A stretch of DNA of 64,000 nucleotides from an uncultured Bacilli bacterium (GTDB taxonomy: Bacteria; Bacillota_I; Bacilli_A; RF39; UBA660), in assembly GCA_934120015.1 (NCBI GenBank), contig CAKOTD010000001.1, positions 64,836 to 128,835 of the forward strand, in the 5' to 3' direction. Made by a program: the position numbers and the translations under genes. Under the pieces are notes generated by a model. It searched no databases. It was given only the letters and a program-made list of their open reading frames with translations, and had not been told where the DNA came from. Shown here piece after piece: positions 62,518-64,000 of this stretch (its first letter is position 1; each line of letters begins with the position of its first letter).

Positions 62518-62573
62518 CCCAAAATTCCAAGTAGTTTCCATCATCCCCAAAATTCCAAGTAGTTTCCATCATC
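62518..62573. repeat. Perfect 2 x 28 bp tandem duplication
   Basis: The unit CCCAAAATTCCAAGTAGTTTCCATCATC occupies 62518-62545 and again 62546-62573 with no mismatch. It spans the stop codon of the C40 peptidase gene. Confidence 0.9.
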
Positions 62574-63851
62574 TTTATAAAATGAATCCATTAAAACTAC
62601 ATATCTAAACATATCAAGTACTTCTTCTTTATTATAAACTCTTAAATCAACACCATCATAGTTTGGCAACGATTCTGCAACATAATAAATACCATCTTTA
62701 ATACCAACTATAATTGATATATGTCCCCAATAATTAAATAAATCACCAGCTTTAATAATATTTGAATTCATTACTTCATCATTTAGTTTAACAAATTCAC
62801 CTAATTCTGTCATTTGTCCTGCTCCTCTATCGCCAGGATCAAATCCACCATTAACAAGTGACCACGTAACAAAACCGGAACAATCAAGCCCATTAGGCAT
62901 TAAATTACCCTCTATATAACCAAAAAATGGTTCATTTTCCCAATTTCTAAGCGGACACCCCCATATAACTGGACCATTGAAGCTAGCTACTATGTCATTT
63001 TTTTTAGTATCACTAAGATATAAACCGGTATGATAATATCTTCCTTCACCATCAACATAATTTGTACCAGAATCACTTACTCTACCATTTTCATAAAAAT
63101 ATGGTATACGATATTTTAATTTCAATGTTAAAAACCTTGCAGCTGCAACAGCACCTGCCCTTGTTTTATATCCCGCTAACTCAACATCATTTTTTAAAAA
63201 TTCATCAAGCAATTTATTTTCTTCCTCACTATATCTATTACAAGGTAATATACTCTTTCTACTTGATGAAATAGTAGGCTTAGTTATTAAATCTGTAACA
63301 ATTATTTTAACTACCTTATCACTTTTTTTCTCATGTAATATAGTTTCACCTTTACTAATACCAGTTATAATATTATTTTCTAAACTTGCAATATCATTAT
63401 CATCTATAAAAAAATCGTAATCAGCAACCTTAGAATTAATATTTTTCTCAGTAAAAGATATTGTTTTACTTTCACCTATAGTTAAATAAATTATATCATT
63501 AAGAAAATCAAATGATAATCTATTATCTATATAATCCGTAATCTGATAATTTTTAGTCTTAATGAAATCCTTTTTTAAAACAAAGCTATAATTACCACCG
63601 ATAGGAAGCTTTACCCTACAAGTGTTATCCTTTCCAGTGACAACTATATTGTTATTACCGCTTGTAATAATACAACTGAAAGTATTTAACAATAAATTGT
63701 TTTCTTTTTTTATTTCAACTATTATTTCATTAGCGTTTTCATCAAACTCAATTAATTTAACAGAATCTAAAGTTATTTTACAATCAGCAAAAAGAACAAT
63801 GCCTAAACCCAAAAATATTACTACAATAAAAACGACTATGACTTTCTTCAT
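62541..63851 (-). CDS. Membrane-anchored NlpC/P60 (C40) cell-wall peptidase with Ig-like (Big_2-like) region
   Basis: N-terminal TM segment. Ig-like stretch (ENNIITGISKGETILHEK). Catalytic Cys context GLDCSGFVTWSL and His context WGHISIIVG. Confidence 0.75.
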   Translation of the reverse strand: MKKVIVVFIVVIFLGLGIVLFADCKITLDSVKLIEFDENANEIIVEIKKENNLLLNTFSCIITSGNNNIVVTGKDNTCRVKLPIGGNYSFVLKKDFIKTKNYQITDYIDNRLSFDFLNDIIYLTIGESKTISFTEKNINSKVADYDFFIDDNDIASLENNIITGISKGETILHEKKSDKVVKIIVTDLITKPTISSSRKSILPCNRYSEEENKLLDEFLKNDVELAGYKTRAGAVAAARFLTLKLKYRIPYFYENGRVSDSGTNYVDGEGRYYHTGLYLSDTKKNDIVASFNGPVIWGCPLRNWENEPFFGYIEGNLMPNGLDCSGFVTWSLVNGGFDPGDRGAGQMTELGEFVKLNDEVMNSNIIKAGDLFNYWGHISIIVGIKDGIYYVAESLPNYDGVDLRVYNKEEVLDMFRYVVLMDSFYKDDGNYLEFWG

Positions 63852-63905
63852 ATTCTACCTCTACTCTATTGTTAATTTATCATAAATTGCCTTAAATTAC
63901 AATAA

Positions 63906-64000
63906 TCATATAGTTATTTTTACTAAAATAACATCATCACCTATTTTCTCTATTTGATTCCAATTAATTTCTACTTCATTATGATTACTGAACCAAGAAA
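63906..64000 (-). CDS. 3' end of an unknown CDS entering from the right edge (partial)
   Basis: An open minus-strand frame from the window edge gives SWFSNHNEVEINWNQIEKIGDDVILVKITI and then TGA at 63906-63908. Confidence 0.3.
   Translation of the reverse strand, partial: SWFSNHNEVEINWNQIEKIGDDVILVKITI

Noticed and set aside
62518-62573. Checked whether the 28-bp repeat could be a minimal CRISPR array.
   Set aside because: The two copies are directly adjacent with no spacer. No cas genes are present, and no third copy was seen.

Overview
Strongly AT-rich, low-GC Bacillota (Firmicutes) chromosomal core segment with about 65 protein genes. All but six are on the minus strand. All calls rest on motif and synteny recognition by eye; no searches were run.

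Recognisable core content:
- The secE-nusG-rplK-rplA-rplJ-rplL-(ybxB-like methyltransferase)-rpoB-rpoC supercluster.
- leuS behind a Leu T-box leader.
- pyrG, pyk, a GH31 glycosidase, miaB and an RsmB-like methyltransferase.
- rnhB, topA, murF, a Fem-type transferase and tkt.
- lexA with a divergent SOS-type promoter pair.
- queH, a rhomboid protease, rluD and lspA.
- Two ABC systems and an OmpR-type two-component system.

Gene order resembles Bacillus in three places: ybxB-like between rplL and rpoB, lexA / small divergent gene-tkt-sirA-like-yneF, and lspA-rluD. This order, together with spoVS, points to an endospore-lineage or Erysipelotrichia/Bacilli-like organism. The taxon is not determinable from here.

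I saw no rRNA, tRNA, CRISPR array, transposase or integrase. Cis-regulatory RNAs seen are a Leu (CUU) T-box and an L10 leader/attenuator.

No obvious defence island or mobile element is present, so every novelty claim is modest and needs profile searches. Pockets worth a second look:
1. A split BcrAD/BadFG activase plus two DUF2229-type subunits, with a divergently transcribed 52-aa, 13-Cys ORF absent from the supplied track.
2. A fic cassette bracketed by a duplicated 33-38 bp terminator repeat.
3. An ApbE / NusG_II / Gx-transporter / FMN-binding lipoprotein module with no redox partner.
4. A 44-aa transmembrane peptide under a LexA-box promoter, divergent from lexA.
5. Two tandem paralogous acidic coiled-coil proteins sharing a C-terminal RFxxLVSQF motif.
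6. A T-box that controls a small membrane protein ahead of leuS.
7. A perfect 2 x 28 bp tandem duplication across a stop codon.
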